A stretch of 64,000 nt of DNA. It comes from the human T2T-CHM13v2.0 reference genome, Homo sapiens. Below the pieces are notes generated by a model. That model saw only the letters and a list, made by a program, of their open reading frames with translations, had not been told where the DNA came from and made no database searches. The DNA is taken from the NCBI RefSeq assembly GCF_009914755.1, contig NC_060926.1; one strand, written 5' to 3'. Below, piece by piece: positions 23,659-37,380 of the stretch. A program made the translations under genes and the position numbers. Positions within the stretch are counted from its first letter, which is position 1. The number at the start of each line of letters is the position of its first letter.

Positions 23659-26444
23659 ATGAACAGCTATTGAGTACCCTCTATGTACCTGACACAGTGC
23701 AGGTACAAAATAATTTACCACATAGTCCCCACCATCATGCAGCGACTGAACACTTCTTGGTCTAGAGGATTTGGGAACCAGGAGTGGTTAGGGTGAGAAA
23801 AAGGAAAAAGCAAACCAAAGAATTTCTGCTTCTAACACAAATTTCTAGCCATCAGGGGCCATCAGGAAGCTGTGGACTGTGGAGGGGACCCAGGAGGGCT
23901 GGAGAGATTGCCCAGAGTCCTGCAGGGGCACAGGAGGGCAGGAGAGGGGTGAGAACTAGAGCCTTCCATCCAGACCTGCTTTGCCCTCTCTGGGTCAGGA
24001 GGTGGGTTCATGGGTTGGAGTCCCCACCACACAGGGTCTGGATTAGCACACAGTCCCTGGGCCACCACCCTGGGGCTTGCCTCTTGGCGTCACCTTGGAG
24101 ATGGCCCTGGGACAGGAGCGTGGGCCCAGTTTGAGTCTGAATGATATTACGAGTGTGTAGTTTCTCTGTGAGGCCCCTCCACCTGACTTCAGGCCACTGT
24201 CCCTCTCACGACCACTCAGGGTTGCTGGAGTCCATTGCTGTTCCTCTCTGGAAAATGAGATGACCACCTAAGGCCTACTTGCTTCCCAGCCCTTCCTACC
24301 CCAATGAGCCACGCTTGCCGCTCCATGTGCTGTGGCTGTGGAAGCCTGCCTGGTAAAGGAATTCCTGACAAGGTGCATGGTGGCCCATAGCTTCACAGTC
24401 ACCCTCCTGGCAACTCAGTTGCATGTTAGCTGGGGTTTAAAGCCTTAGGGTAGAGGACTGCTGACAGGCCTGTCAGGCAGGGTTGCAGAAGCCTGGGAGC
24501 AAAAATCTGGACCAAAGGCTGTGAGGCCGCAAGCAGATGCCTGCTGTAGCAGCTGTGATGGCAGTGGTCATCGCTGGTGTGATTGGTGGCCATTTGAACT
24601 GTCCCATGCAGGGACTGCTTCCCTCAGAGCTACTGTGTCCAAAAGAGGCTGGGCGACCCTCCTTCAAGATGCCCACTTGGGAGGTTGAGCTCAGTGTCCT
24701 CTGAGGTCCCTCGCACCCCGAGGAGCTGCACTGTGGGTCCAGGTCAGCATTAAGAATGAGATTTAAAGGGCACTCAGCTCCCCCTCCAAGCCCAGGTGCA
24801 TCCTTCCGCCCATCTCAGCCCTCCTCGGCAGGGGGTGGGGAACCTGCATTCCTTGGCCAGTGAATCCTCCCCTTCTGGGCCTCACAGATCATGACTTTGA
24901 GGATTTGGAGCCCCATTTGGAAGCCCCAGTAGTGCAGAGGCCCATGTCAGAGGCCGCCCAGCAGAGAGACGGGCGGGAGGCCTGGAAGGACTCTGGGGAG
25001 TTCAGTTCTGACTCCGGCTGCAGCCGGAGATAATGCACGTTAAGCACCTGGCTCTGGGCCACTTTTCCACAGCTCCTGTTTTTAAAGCAGCAACTCCTGG
25101 GAGCTTCTGAGGAGGAGGAGGGGAAAGAGGAAGACAAGGAGGAGGCAGAACTGTTCTTCCACACCTGGGCTGGGTGGGCCACCCCCAGATCTATGGAATA
25201 GGAAAGCACTGATTTTGCACAAACCAGGGCATTGTCTTCTAATGATTTTAAGCCATCAGGTAGTATAATACTAACTACAACAACAGCTACTCAAATTGAT
25301 AGCATGTTTTGAGCCCTGGCAATAAATGGCCAGTAAGTTCCTGCCCTCAAGTTGCTCAAAGGCCCTGGTTTTGCATGGGAGACAAGACGAACCAGAAAGT
25401 GCTGAGTTGAGGGCTGTACCAGAGGCTTAGCCAGCAAGCTAGACCCCCCCGGGTGGTGTGCCTGCAGCCGTGTGCCAGTGCTGGGAAGGCGGGGTCTGCA
25501 GGGCTGGGAGGTTTGCTCCTGGCCCTGTGGGTAATCTGAAGCCAGAGGTGGCAATTAAGCCAGTGCAGCTTCATGAGATCTGTGTCCTCCCTCTTTTCCT
25601 TGCTGCTTTCTGGGGACAGGAGGCAGGTCCTAGTATGGCCTGGGTCCGCTTTGGAAGAACGTCTTGGGTGCAGACCCCGTAGCTTCGGTGCCAGGGACAA
25701 GATGAAGGCATATTGGATTTTGTCGGGTGAAGGGGGTTTGGTGTGAGCTGAGGGTGTGTAGGAGGGGCCCCCTTCTGTCTGGATAGCTGAGCCCAGGCCT
25801 CGGACAGGATCCCTGGGTGCCAGCCCCTTCTGTGGACTGTGGGAGGCGGAGTCTCCAGAGCCGCACCCTGCCTGGATTCAGTTCCACCTATGGCCCCTAG
25901 GGTGCCCACCAAGGGGCACTGTCCCAGCTTTGTTCCTACCTCCCATGTACATTGTCAGCCCTGCTGAGGCCTTGTCTCTGAAAAGTGAGGAGCTGTCATA
26001 AGTGATTTCTAAGGCCCTTGCCAAGCCCACCTAAATCCTCTTTCTGCTTTAATGACTGACCCCTGTGTTACTTCTCAGGGCATTTCACAGAGATTTGAAA
26101 GTCGCTCCTAGAGACTGTTGGGACCTCAGGGCGGTTTGCCCTGAGAATACTGGCGACATCTGATGTTCAGAGAGCGTGGATCATGTGCCAGGCATGTGCT
26201 TGGTGCTTCCCGGGTATCACCTCGTGGGCTCCTCTCACCAACCCTTGAGGTGGGGGACTGGTGTTGTCTGATGCACAGATGGTGAGTCCGGGGCTCCCTG
26301 AGCCCAAGGAACTTGCCTGAGATCACCTAACCACTAACAGAGGTGTGTGCCCCCAGCTCCTACTGCTTCCCTGTCCTGCTTCTCACATGGGAGTGGGGTT
26401 GAGGGGAGGTTGGTGGCTCGCATATCCAACCCCCTCCCGGCCCA

Positions 26445-26680
26445 GTTATTAAGTTAAATACCATCTGCTTTCAAAGCCCAAGGAGGCCATCTATGCTGGG
26501 GAAAAGGGGGGTGGGTGGGAAACCACCATCAAATTCCCAACTAGCCATAAAAATGGATGCAATTTATTTTTTCTGGCATTCCAATTACATAGACGTTTGT
26601 CGCCAGCTGTTTGTTCTAACACGGAGTGTTCTCTCAGCTGCCGTTTCTCTTCTCCCATTTGACACTGTTAGGCCACAAGT
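26445..26680. promoter_or_regulatory. Candidate intronic enhancer, dense developmental TF motif cluster
   Basis: CATCTG 26462, TTCAAAG 26470, GTGGGAA 26515, CCATAAAA 26545, CATTCC 26577, CAGCTG 26604 and 26635 in non-repeat sequence. Confidence 0.4.
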
Positions 26681-28269
26681 CTGGCAGGGCCTGGGCTGGA
26701 GGGGTCATTGGCTGGGGAGCCTCCCAGGTGAGCTGAGCTGGCTTTCCCTGAACGTGGACCGTGCCTCTGAGGTTCCCCGGGTGGTCTCGAGGCGAGGCGC
26801 AGGGAAAGGCTGGGGTGCCGCTTCCTCCCTCTTTTCACACTCTCTGCCCCTTTCCTCCTCCTCTCTCTTTTTCCAAATTGCTCCCCACCCTCAACATGCG
26901 CTCCCAGACCCCACCCTTCTCCCCAACACACTGAGAATGAATGAAAACTCAGGATCTCTGACCTAGGGAGAAAAACCAGCTCTTCCTGCTCAGAAGGTCT
27001 CTGAGACGTGGGAAGTCCCCTCTGATGCCCTAACTGACCACACTGGGGAATGCAGAGAACCCCCTGGAGCACCTCTGAGCCAAGATTCCCCTCTGGAAGC
27101 CCCTGTGGAGGCTCAGTGGCTCTCGGGACGCTGGAGAAGGGGTGTCTGTGTAGGGTGGGGGCTAACCCCAGAGAACGCTGTGGTTCTTTCTGGTGCTCTG
27201 TAGTGCTATCATTTAAGGCACAGGAACGCACGCTATGGCGGCCCTCAGCAAAACTGTGAAGTAGGCAAAGTGCAGAGTTCTGGGGCTGGAGACCTGGATT
27301 TGAGTCCTGGCACTGTCACTCTCGCTCTGTGGCCTTGGGCATGTTATTTGACCTCTCTGATCCCCAGTCCTCTCATCTGTAAAGTGAAAGCACACAAATC
27401 TGCCTTGCTGCCTTGCTGAAAGGATTAAACAAGACCCCATATGAGAAAGGGCTGGTGTTCCCGGTGAGTGCCAGAGAGGAAATCTCATGAATTTATAGCT
27501 ACAAGGTAACAACTTAATTGGAACCCCGGGAAGGAACAGCTCAGAAAAGGGCAGTGCCAGGGTGGATGAATGACCGACCAGCCAAAAGGCAGATGGGGAA
27601 GGACCAACCTTTCTGAGTGAGAGATTCTTTCCCCTCTAGCACTTCAGCTCAAACCCCTGGTCCTGCACCCTTAGCATAGGGTGCAGCCTGCAGCCCATCC
27701 AGAAATCCTCGGATGTCAAAGTAGAGGGAGTCATACCAAGAAACATGCATAACATGTGGTCATATAATAATGCTAATCGGCACTGCAGCAGACCACCGCC
27801 ACCACCAAGCACATCAACCATGTGGTGAGTGCCATTGTGTCCCCTTATGGGCATCCCACTCACATTATCTCTACCCCGTGTTATACTAACCCCAAAGTTG
27901 GGACCACTTCCCTCATTGCACAGATGGAAGACTGAGGCCAGGAGAAGGGCGTAACTTGCCTGGGGCCACATGGCCAGGAAGTGGCAGAGCTCAGTTTCCA
28001 ACCTGTTTTATCTCTTTGGTTCTGAGTTCTGAGCTCTTCAGTCCTGAGGCCAGCCCGCTGCCTGAAGCTCGCACACTGCCCAGCACAGTGGCCTGTGCCC
28101 AGGAGGCCCCCAGCAAGTGCCTGGTGCCATCCCTTGCCCAGAGCAACAGCTCTTATGTAAGCAGCCCGGCTGCAGCGCAGTGCAGGCTCCATTTAGCTGT
28201 GGGGAGCCAAGAGCCTGCTGGTGGTGGCCCTGGTGGTAGCGAGGGGTGGGTTGGGCAGGGAGGTGTCAT

Positions 28270-28850
28270 CAGCTGCGGGCACCCCCAGCTTTGTGCCGCC
28301 GGCGAGGACTGACACCAGGTTAAGTCGCCTGGCGGCCTTTGGCTGCAGCTGGGAGCGCGCCTGGTTCCCATTCGGGCGCTGTGGTTTTGATTAGCTGTTC
28401 TGCGAGGCGGGCCTGCTGGTGAGTCCATGGGAGCTCCGCTGGAACAGAGGGTCCCCCGCCCGGCCGCCGCGGCCCCCCCTCCTGGCAGCCCCAGACTCCA
28501 GATGTTCCGAGCGCTCGCTGGGAAGGCCTGCTGGCGCCACGGAGGGCAGAGGGCAGGGAAAGCACGCGAGCTGGAAGCCCAAGCACTCAGTCACCACAGG
28601 CCTTGGCAGCCCGCCCGGCCCTCTGCTGGCACATTCCCCAGCTCTCCCCTGGCCATCTGTTCCCAAAAAACCCTTTCAGAGCCTCATCATCACTCAGGAT
28701 ACAACAGCGCGAGCAGCTGGTTTGGAGGCAGCAGGGAAAACCGTGCAAAAGGTTCTTTGTGAGAGAGGAAACTCGCTTATGAATAACAGGACTGGACGCC
28801 GTAAAAGTTGGCGGCTGGAATTCTTGTTTCTCAGGCGCCGCTGTTTTCTC
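28270..28850. promoter_or_regulatory. Small intronic CpG-rich island / candidate BMP-SMAD1/5 element
   Basis: Clear CpG excess over flanks; GGCGCC at 28533-28538 and 28834-28839, CAGAC 28492, TGTGGTT 28380. Confidence 0.5.
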
Positions 28851-31800
28851 TTGACTTTTTATCTCTGGTTTTTATTTTTTTCCCGTTTTCTTTTAATGTT
28901 GTTTCTTCCTCTTCTCACATCAGTTGTGACTTTTCTTCCTCCTCTGCGAGCCCGAAGGCCACCTCATTAGTGCTCCTGACACTGCGGAACTTTTCTTTCT
29001 CAAGGCTGTTGTCACTGGGGATGGTTGAAAGTGACTATTTTCCTAAGAAAACAGCTGGAGGGGACATGGGAGCAAGAAGGTGCTTGGGAGCGCATCTCAG
29101 TGTTGAGGCTCAAAACAGGCAGCGCCATGGCAGAGTCATTCCGCCGTCACCCTGAATAAACCCCATGCACACAGACGAGAACAATGTCTCCTCAGAGGGA
29201 GGGTCTGGGAGACCGGACACCATGCAGAGACCCCCATCAGCTCATCAGAGAGCTTCACGGAGATGTTCTGGGAGGACAATCACATTCATAAATACGCCGG
29301 TGCCTCGGCTCTGCCGCTGACTGCAGCATGACATGAAGCCTTTTTTAAGAACTGGCTGCTGCCGCCAAAGCCTTCTGGGATATGTCTGCCTGGAACCTGG
29401 GCACCTCCTGGGAGCAGTCACTGGGTGGCCTGTCAGGGCCTGTGGGGTCCTGGGGCAGGGCCGGCAACTGGAAGCCAGCCCTGGGGAGGAAAGGAGAGAA
29501 GGGCAAGGCTGGGCTGCTTTCCTCACAGCCCCTGGACACTGAGGGAGGAGCTGAGTTGGGCCTGGGGCTGCCATGTGTCAGACAGTGGTGATGTGATGGG
29601 GGGACACAGGTCAGTGGCAGGGTACTGGGAGTTTCCCCTTTCCTTTCTCAGTTCTTTGCACCCATTTTCCATGGGCTGCCTCCCCAGATCCAGAAGCCCC
29701 AGCAGCCCCTCACCCCAGCAGTGGAAAAAGCCCGTCATTGACACGGCTGTGGGTGGCCGGCTTTGCAAAAGCCTCACATTTGGGGCTTTGGAGGGCTTTT
29801 TGCATTTCATCTTTACACAGGCTCCTGCACCTCATTCCTCTTGCCCTCCTCTCAGCTTTCCTCCCACTTCCAGTTAGAGAGATGGCAGCTCTGGCAGGAC
29901 CAAATATTGATGTTTATCACAGTTTTAGGGCCATTTGTCTCACCATCTGAAGGGCTCAGCGCAGGCCCACGGGATCCTCTCTCCTTGAGTGACCTCTGGG
30001 GGCAGGTATCTGGTTTGGATGCTGGAGCTGGTCCCTACTCTTCCCTTGGGGGCCGTGCGGCCGGGTGCTCAAGTGTTTTAACCTCAGGACCCTGATTAGT
30101 TATCATGAAGCTACCCCACCAGCTCCTGGGTCTGTTCATGGATTAGTGGCATAAAGGACGTAATATTGTTTTGCAAAATCTGCTCTCCCTCCCGTGTCTC
30201 CTGCCCAAGAAGTTGGTCTTCGTGGGGCCAAAGGCAAGGAGGACCCGAGGAAGGAAGAGGAACCACTGTCCCCAGCCCCTGGTATGGCATGGCGTCAGCC
30301 TAGTGACCAGAAATTGCTTTTGAACTCTGAGGCTTCCAGAGGACAAGAGGAAGAGGAGGACAGGGCTGCCCTGCCCACTGCTCAGCCTTGAGCCCTGCAC
30401 CTGGCACAGTGCGAGGCCTCAGACAGGGTGTCAGCAGGCCCTGGCTCCCCACATCCCATCCTTAAACAGGCCATGCCCTTTCTACCTGCCCCAGCAGACC
30501 AGAAAGCAGTTTCCATGGGAAACAACAAACCTTCCTTGTGCTCCCAGGATAAGTGTTTCTAGAGGGTGAAGTCGGGAGCCATTCTCTCCTTTAACATCTT
30601 GCCACCTCTGCCCAGAATTCACAGCCACCGGCGCCTGTCTTAGCTGCCCTGGCTGTCAGCCCCACCAGAGCCCCTCCTGGCTGCTCTGCTGAAAGCTGGT
30701 CAGACTGTCTCACTCCATCCCCTACTTAGCTCCCCTAAGGCCTAGGGGGCTCCCTACAGGCCAAGGGATGAGGCCAGACTCAATAGAACACCTGATAGGC
30801 CCCCCAAGTGACCTGGCCCTGGCCGGTCACTCCCTATGTCCCAATTTACACCCCAGCAGCACAGAACTCCTTGCTCAAAGGGGCTATTTTTGGCCTCTGT
30901 GCTCATGCCATCCCTTCTGCCTGGAATGCCCTTCTCCACTGTCTGTCTGGCTAACTCCTGCTCATTCTGGAAGGCTCAGCTCCTCCTGAAAGCCCTCCCT
31001 GACCCCAACCCCAGCTCCTTCCTCAGGGTGTCGTAGCACAGGGATGCTTTTGGTCTAATTCAGGAGAGCATCATGTGATATGCTTTTAAAGTAATGAGTT
31101 AAAATGTTAGACAATATGAAACTCTATTATGTGATATATTAGATTTCATGTCATTACATTGTATTATATTATATTTTTAGGTGGTATGCTATGTGACATA
31201 GGATGCGATGTGATATTACATCCCATGACACTATGTTACACAGTGTTGGATTAAATGCCTGTGTCTCTGGCTAGACTGTGAGCCCCTTTCTCTTTGTGTC
31301 CTGTCTTCTGGCACATACTAGGGCCCCCAAATAATGACACACCATTCTTTCCACTAAAATCCACACTGCTAGGGCTGAATGTCCCTATGCTGATGGCAAG
31401 GGACATTCCCTTCTAGGGAAGGATTAACTAGGGGCTTTAGGACACAGCTAGGGAGATGCCCCTGGGCTCTCCTGTGCTCCAGTTGGGCTCATACCCTTGT
31501 TCCCTTGAATCTGCAAGGAAAGCACTGTGTTTCAAATAACAGAAACCCCTCAAGCAGCAGCTTAAACTAACAGGGGCTGGCATTTTTCATAGTTCAGAAA
31601 TCAGCTGCTCCCTGGGATCCAAGAGTCCAGGCTTCTTTTGATCTTTGCCTCATGGCTGCAGAGTGGTTGCCACAGCACCGAGCTTTTCATCCTCAAGCTG
31701 CATCTACAGTCAGGGTAGGGGGCCATGCTAGGAAGAGTGTTTCTCCTCACCAGGGCAGTCAGTCTTGCCCAGACAGCCCCTCCCTTCCTCCAAAGGAAGA

Positions 31801-34109
31801 TGCTCCCCTCGAACCCGAGAAAAACATCAAGGTCTGTCAGCTGGGAGGGCAACAGAGAAAACAGCCATGTGGCTCGTGTCTGGAGGGTTGACCCTGATTT
31901 GTGACAAGGTGGTTTTCTTCCTGGGGAGCTAACTGTTGTCATTACCTTAACCACAATGTCAGAGCCCCACTTCTTTGAGCTTGCCCAGTCCTCACCACAG
32001 CCCCACAAATTGGGTGTCACCAGCCCCATTTTCAGGTGACAGTGCTGAGGTTCACAGAACTGAAATGACCTGACTAGGCCCCCAGCGACCTCGTTCCTGT
32101 GCACTGCACTTTCCGGTTTGCAGAGCCCTCTCACACCCATGATTTTCTTGAATCCTAGAACAAGCTCCTGGGGTCCACATTATTAAACATGGGAGTGAGA
32201 TGAGGCGAAGTCGCCCAGGCTCAAGCAGCTGGGCAGGGCTGGGTGGGGCTTGGACAGGCTGAATCCAGGCCACCGCTGTCCTCTGTCCTCTGTTCTCTCA
32301 AAGGTGAGGGTGTGAGCTTCAGGGGTTGCCTGGCGGCTTGGGGCCTGAGGCTTGGAGGCATGGTCTGAGTCTCAGCTCAACCACTCAGGAGCTCCGTAAC
32401 CTCAGGCACTTGCCTTCAACAAGCTTCACTTTCCTCATAAAATATGGATAAAAGCAGGTGAGGAGCGTTTGAGGAAATGAGGGCTGTGAAAGCATTTTGT
32501 CAACTGGAGGCACAGCACTCAGAGAGGGTCACTGGAGGCCACTGCTGGCCCATCAGGAAGGTGGGCAGAGGGACTTCAGTGTCCCCTCCTCACGCAGTGA
32601 CTTAGAGAATGTGCATGCATGCACACACGCAGGTGTGCTGGCGCGTCCGTAGGCACCGTCTGCTGGGGTCCGGTGGAGGGCCTCCTGCATGGTGGGCCGA
32701 TTTCCCATGCACATGGGAAGGAGGTACTCCCTGGAAGGCGGCTGATTGACTTCAAGGATTTCAAAATTGCTCTACCTGCACAGGGCCCAGGAGCCATTAA
32801 AGATGGACCCTCAGTGGCAGGGCAGGGCAGGGCAGAGCCAGGCAGCTGGGCACATGTTGGGCAGCTCTGGGAGTGAGCCGTTTGGAGCCCACCTGGAATC
32901 TGGAGAGCCGTGACCGGGCATTGCTGAGAGCTGTCCATCCCCCTGTCAGCAGCTGTGCCTCCCGCCTCGCTTTCCTGCCAGCCCTGTTCCTGCCACCACC
33001 ACGTACACACGAGTCCCTGCCACCACAGCCCACCCACCCCCTCCACACGCACACACAGGGGTTCTTCACTTGTTCAGTCTTTTTAGGTACCTGAGTGTTA
33101 AAAGATGAGTAAAACATGAAGGGCCCTGCCCTGCACATCTACTTAAGAATAAATCGCCCTGAGTGTTTACTCTGTGTCAGGTACTGTTCTAGTGCTGGGG
33201 GCATTTTGGAGAATAAAACAGAGGCCCCACCCTTCGGAACTCAGAGCTAAACTATAGAAAGGCTATGCATAAAAAATTCAGAGGAGGGCCCCTCGGTATG
33301 GTCTTTGGAGCCCACTGCACTTAGCCTGCATACAGTTCTTACGAGCTTGACTCTCAGGCCCCTCAGATCTGAACCTCAGAACAAAAACAGCCTATGAGGG
33401 CAGGGGTTGGGGTATCAGGCCATGGAGCAGGTACAGAGATAGCACCCAGAATCAGCCAGTGGCCTCATCGAATAAGAAGAAATAGACGCATGATAAAGAA
33501 CAAGGCCAGAGGCTCAGAAGGACCGAGAGGCTGGGGGCCCCCTTAGTGTCAGGGCAGAGAGCCGGCAAGCCTCAGGGACCTTGGAATTGTGTGTGCACTG
33601 ATGTTCGTGGACTTGACCTTGAGTTGTCAAGAGGAAGCTAAAGTACATCCAGTAATGTCGGGCTGAGAATGCAGGGAAGTGCATCAGTTATTGGGAAAGG
33701 GCCCATCCAAGCTGTTTTGGCACAGAAAACATGTGGCTTCCTTTCTCCAGGGAAGTCTGCTTCTGTGCAGGAGCCTGTTCTCCTAGGATGGCGGAGCTGG
33801 GAGGGCTGGGCTTCTCGTCTGTTTTGTTCACTTTGGGATCCCCAGAGCCTCCAGTGGAGCCTGGCGTGGTCTAAACGCTTAGTAAACATTTGCTGGATGA
33901 ATGGAGCAGTGGAAGCATGAGGTAAGGCGGTGTTTTCAGTTGTTTTCCACAAATACCGAAGGGCGGCTCCTCTGTGCCCATACAGAGGGAGGCCCTGGTG
34001 ATCTGAAGTGGAGACAAAGTTCCTGTCTTGAGTTGCTGATGGGTAAATGGGGTGGCTGGGGACCCTTCCTACCCCACCCCGATGGAGTCTCTGTGCTCCG
34101 ACATGTAGC

Positions 34110-34328
34110 TACTAAGCACTGAGTGCTTGGCTTTGCAGCCATTGTGTTCTTTAATCTTCCTGACAAGCTCATGCAGTAGATACTAATATTACCATTTTAT
34201 AGGTAAAGAAACTGAGGCACAGACAGGTTAAGCATCTTGCTCAAGGCCATGCAGCTGGTAGAATGGGGAAGTCAGGATTCAAACAGAGGCCGTCTGGTGC
34301 CATAGCTGGCACATTTAACCACTGTGCT
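34110..34328 (-). mobile_element. MIR
   Basis: CCATTTTATAGGTAAAGAAACTGAGGCACAGACAGGTTAAG core. Similar MIR cores occur near 8700-8900, 12500-12670, 15830-15950, 21850-22060, 27270-27460 and 62262-62420. Confidence 0.8.
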
Positions 34329-35002
34329 GGATTGTTTGCCAGTGAGTGTGCACACGTGCATACGTGTGTGTGTGTGTGCGCGCGCGTGTGTGGCAGTGAG
34401 TAAAGACCTCTAATCAGAGATGTCCCTACCCCCACCTGGATCCCTCGGTGGCACCTGCATCTAGCTAGGGGAGGGGCTTAGGGACAATGGAAGAGGCTAG
34501 GGGAGGTGTTCCTCATCTTAAAACTGCATTTGCATGGAACGCACACTGTTTTTGCTGAAATCACTGGATTATTTGGGCTTCCCAAATGTCTCACGGCCTC
34601 TCCAAGCCACGGGTGCCCCAGTGGTCCTGAAGTATCCACAGCCGGGCTCCGTCCTGGGAGTCTCCTGGAGAAGCACTGTGATCTCTGCAAAGGCTTGCTG
34701 GCCAGCACTTTGGTGTGACTTGGCTTGTCTGGTTGGTTGGTGCCCATCAATCCCTGCTGTCACTTTGCGGTAAGGACTGGGGAGGGGAGGCGCTTCGAGA
34801 GGCAGCAGGGTGATGGGAGCAGTTCCCAGTCCAGAAGGAGGCAGGCCTGATGGGGACCCTCCACCGTGGTCGGGGCATGTGAACTTACATGTCGTGTGGG
34901 GGTGTCTGTGTAAGGATCATAAGTCAGGCCCACAGGGCAGGTGAAGAGCAGAGCCTTTCTCGTGTGGCTGGGCCACCAGTCTGCCCATTGGTCTGCTCTC
35001 CA

Positions 35003-35183
35003 CCAGCCTGGGTGCCTCCTCCAGCCTGAGTGGGCTGCCCCCTCCTGCTTGAGTGCCCCCTCCAGCCTGGGTACCTCCTCCAGTCTGGGTACTCCAGCCC
35101 GGGTGCCTCCTCCAGCCTGGGTGCCTCCTCCAGCCTGGGTGCCCCCTCCAGCCTGGGTGCCCCCTTGAGCCTGGATGCCTCTT
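35003..35183. repeat. 18-bp minisatellite CCAGCCTGGGTGCCTCCT, ~9-10 degenerate units
   Basis: Directly visible tandem units. Confidence 0.9.
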
Positions 35184-37380
35184 CTGGCTCTGCAGTGCGG
35201 CCATGGGCCTTTTGAGCTGCTGGCATCTGGAAGAGCAGTGAAGCCAAGTGCGATGACCGGACAGCATCGCAGGATGGAAGCAGATGGGAAGCCGCAGCAG
35301 CTGCCTGCAGCTTCGCCTGGGCCAGCTCGACCCTCACAATGCCCCACGCTGGGGGTGAGCTGGGGTGGGGGGCAAGAAAGACAGATAGACTGATGGATAT
35401 GGAGAGAAAAACAAAGAAGAGGCCAAGGAAGAGTTGGCAGAGACACACAGGCAGAGCATGGAGAGGGAGACAGCTCGGCAGCCAGAGAGAGTGGCCTGCA
35501 GCCTGAGAAGGCGTCAGCATGGCATGGCTGCCTCTGCAGGCCCAGTGGGCTCCTCTAAGCTCTGGCCCTGGCCCTGGGGGTGCTGGGCCTCCCACTGCCA
35601 GCCACCTTCCCTTAGGCTCCAGGAGTCAAAGGCCAAGATTTTCTTAGAACCAAGGAGGTGACAGCTGGCTGGATGGCTTGGGGACCTGCCGTTCCTGTTT
35701 GCCAGTGAGGAAACTGAGGTCTGTAGGGGTTAAGGGTCTACCTTGCCCTGCTGCATCCTAGCAATGTGGCCTAGGGCAAGTGAGGTCACCACTCAGGCCT
35801 CCATTTCCTCATCTGCAACATGTGTGCAGCGGTAGGCACCTCCCAGGAATTGCAAAAGACAACGCATGCAAACAAGTGTGGCACGGTGCCTGGCAAGGAG
35901 CCGCCCTCCGTAAATGGTGGCACTGAACACTAATGCACTTGCTTCTGTTCCCAGGCCCTGGGAGGATGGGGTGCTCGTGGTGGAGGTGTGTGGGGTAGGT
36001 GAAGGGACCGTGGCAATCACACCGACAACCATTCGTGGCGTAAGGGGATGTAGGAGGAATTGGGATAAAGAGCTTCGGGAGTTCAGAGGAGGCACCTGTT
36101 GTCCCCACCTTGCGGTGGGTGTGGGGCTGGTGGGGGTAAGAGGGTGGACATGAGCAGGCCCTCATTGTCCTGGACTAGGGAGGCAGCAAGGACTCCAACT
36201 GGCAACCCCCAGCCCCAGCCCTGCACTTGTGGAACCTACATTCTAGTGGGTGGAAGTAACTCAAAGTAAGGGCCTGCAACACTGTGGAGTACATGGTAGG
36301 TGCTCAAGAAATGCTAGCCTAGGATACCTGGGACCCAGCACCACCTCTAGCATCTTAGCACAAGAAGGGCTCCCCCAGGTTACCTGCTCTCATCCTCAAC
36401 ATTGCCTGATGCAACGATTGTTTCTTACTGATAGGAAAGTTCTTCTGCACGGCCTTGACTGACTCCGAGGTTTGCAAACATCCACTGGCTTCAGTGAAGG
36501 AGGGGTTTGACCACTGGCCCTACCTTGCTCCTGACCTGGGGCCTGTGGGGCAGCTGTCTGCACAGCACGGCTGAGGCCTGTGCCAGTCCCCTCCTCTCTG
36601 GTGAGCAGCCTTGAGAAATACAGAAAGGACTGGGCGGAATCCACAGCAGCAGCCAGCAACGGTGGTCCTCAGCTTTCCCCTAGAGTTAGACTGTAAGCTG
36701 CCGCAGTGCCTGGGACAGGACTGGCCCCTATTAGGAACTAATGCATCTTTGTTGAATAAATGACTTTTTCTCCCCATTCTTGGTCCCCAGGCCAACTGTC
36801 CTGGCTCACTAAAGGCTCTGGCCATAACTGAAACTCTTAGACACTCGGGACCTTGAAGGGCCCTCCAAGCCCGGACACAGCACTATCCTCGATTCATGCC
36901 ATGTTCCCGCCCCCCGCAAATAGCAGCCAATTCCAACTGCTCATAAATTTCCTGCCTGTCACCCATGGCACCCAGGCCAGGCAGGCAGGAGGTGCTGGAG
37001 GCCGACTGGTCCATACTTGCTTCCAGGTCCCTGGGGAGCTTGGAGGCCAGAAGCCCAGGCTTTGCGCCTGTGCCCAGAATAACCTCTGCAAAGTCTGTCC
37101 CTTGGAGAAGATGTGAAAGCAGATCTGTCAAACGCAAGGATGTCCAGGCTTGAGTGTTAAAGAAAACACCAGTGCAGCTTATGATGCAGCTTGTACAGCG
37201 TAATTCCACTTTTCGTAAAATACTGTATGTGAGTACGCATATGCATGGGAATAGCATATGGGACAATAGTTAACCAAATGTTATCAGTGGTTTGCTCTCC
37301 GTGGAGAGATTAAGGTGATTGAAACAATTTTCTTTCTGTTCACTCTTCTGTATTTTCTTTTTCTTTTTTTTGAGGCAGAG

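Noticed and set aside
23155-23721. Pro/Ser- and Gly/Glu-rich ORFs
   Set aside because: Artefacts of the (CCCCT)n tract.
26591-26604. AGAC...GTCGCC as a bipartite BMP response element
   Set aside because: Spacer is 4 nt rather than the canonical 5.
35003-35183. Possible CRISPR-like array or repeat protein
   Set aside because: Contiguous tandem units without unique spacers in a mammalian intron; it is a minisatellite.
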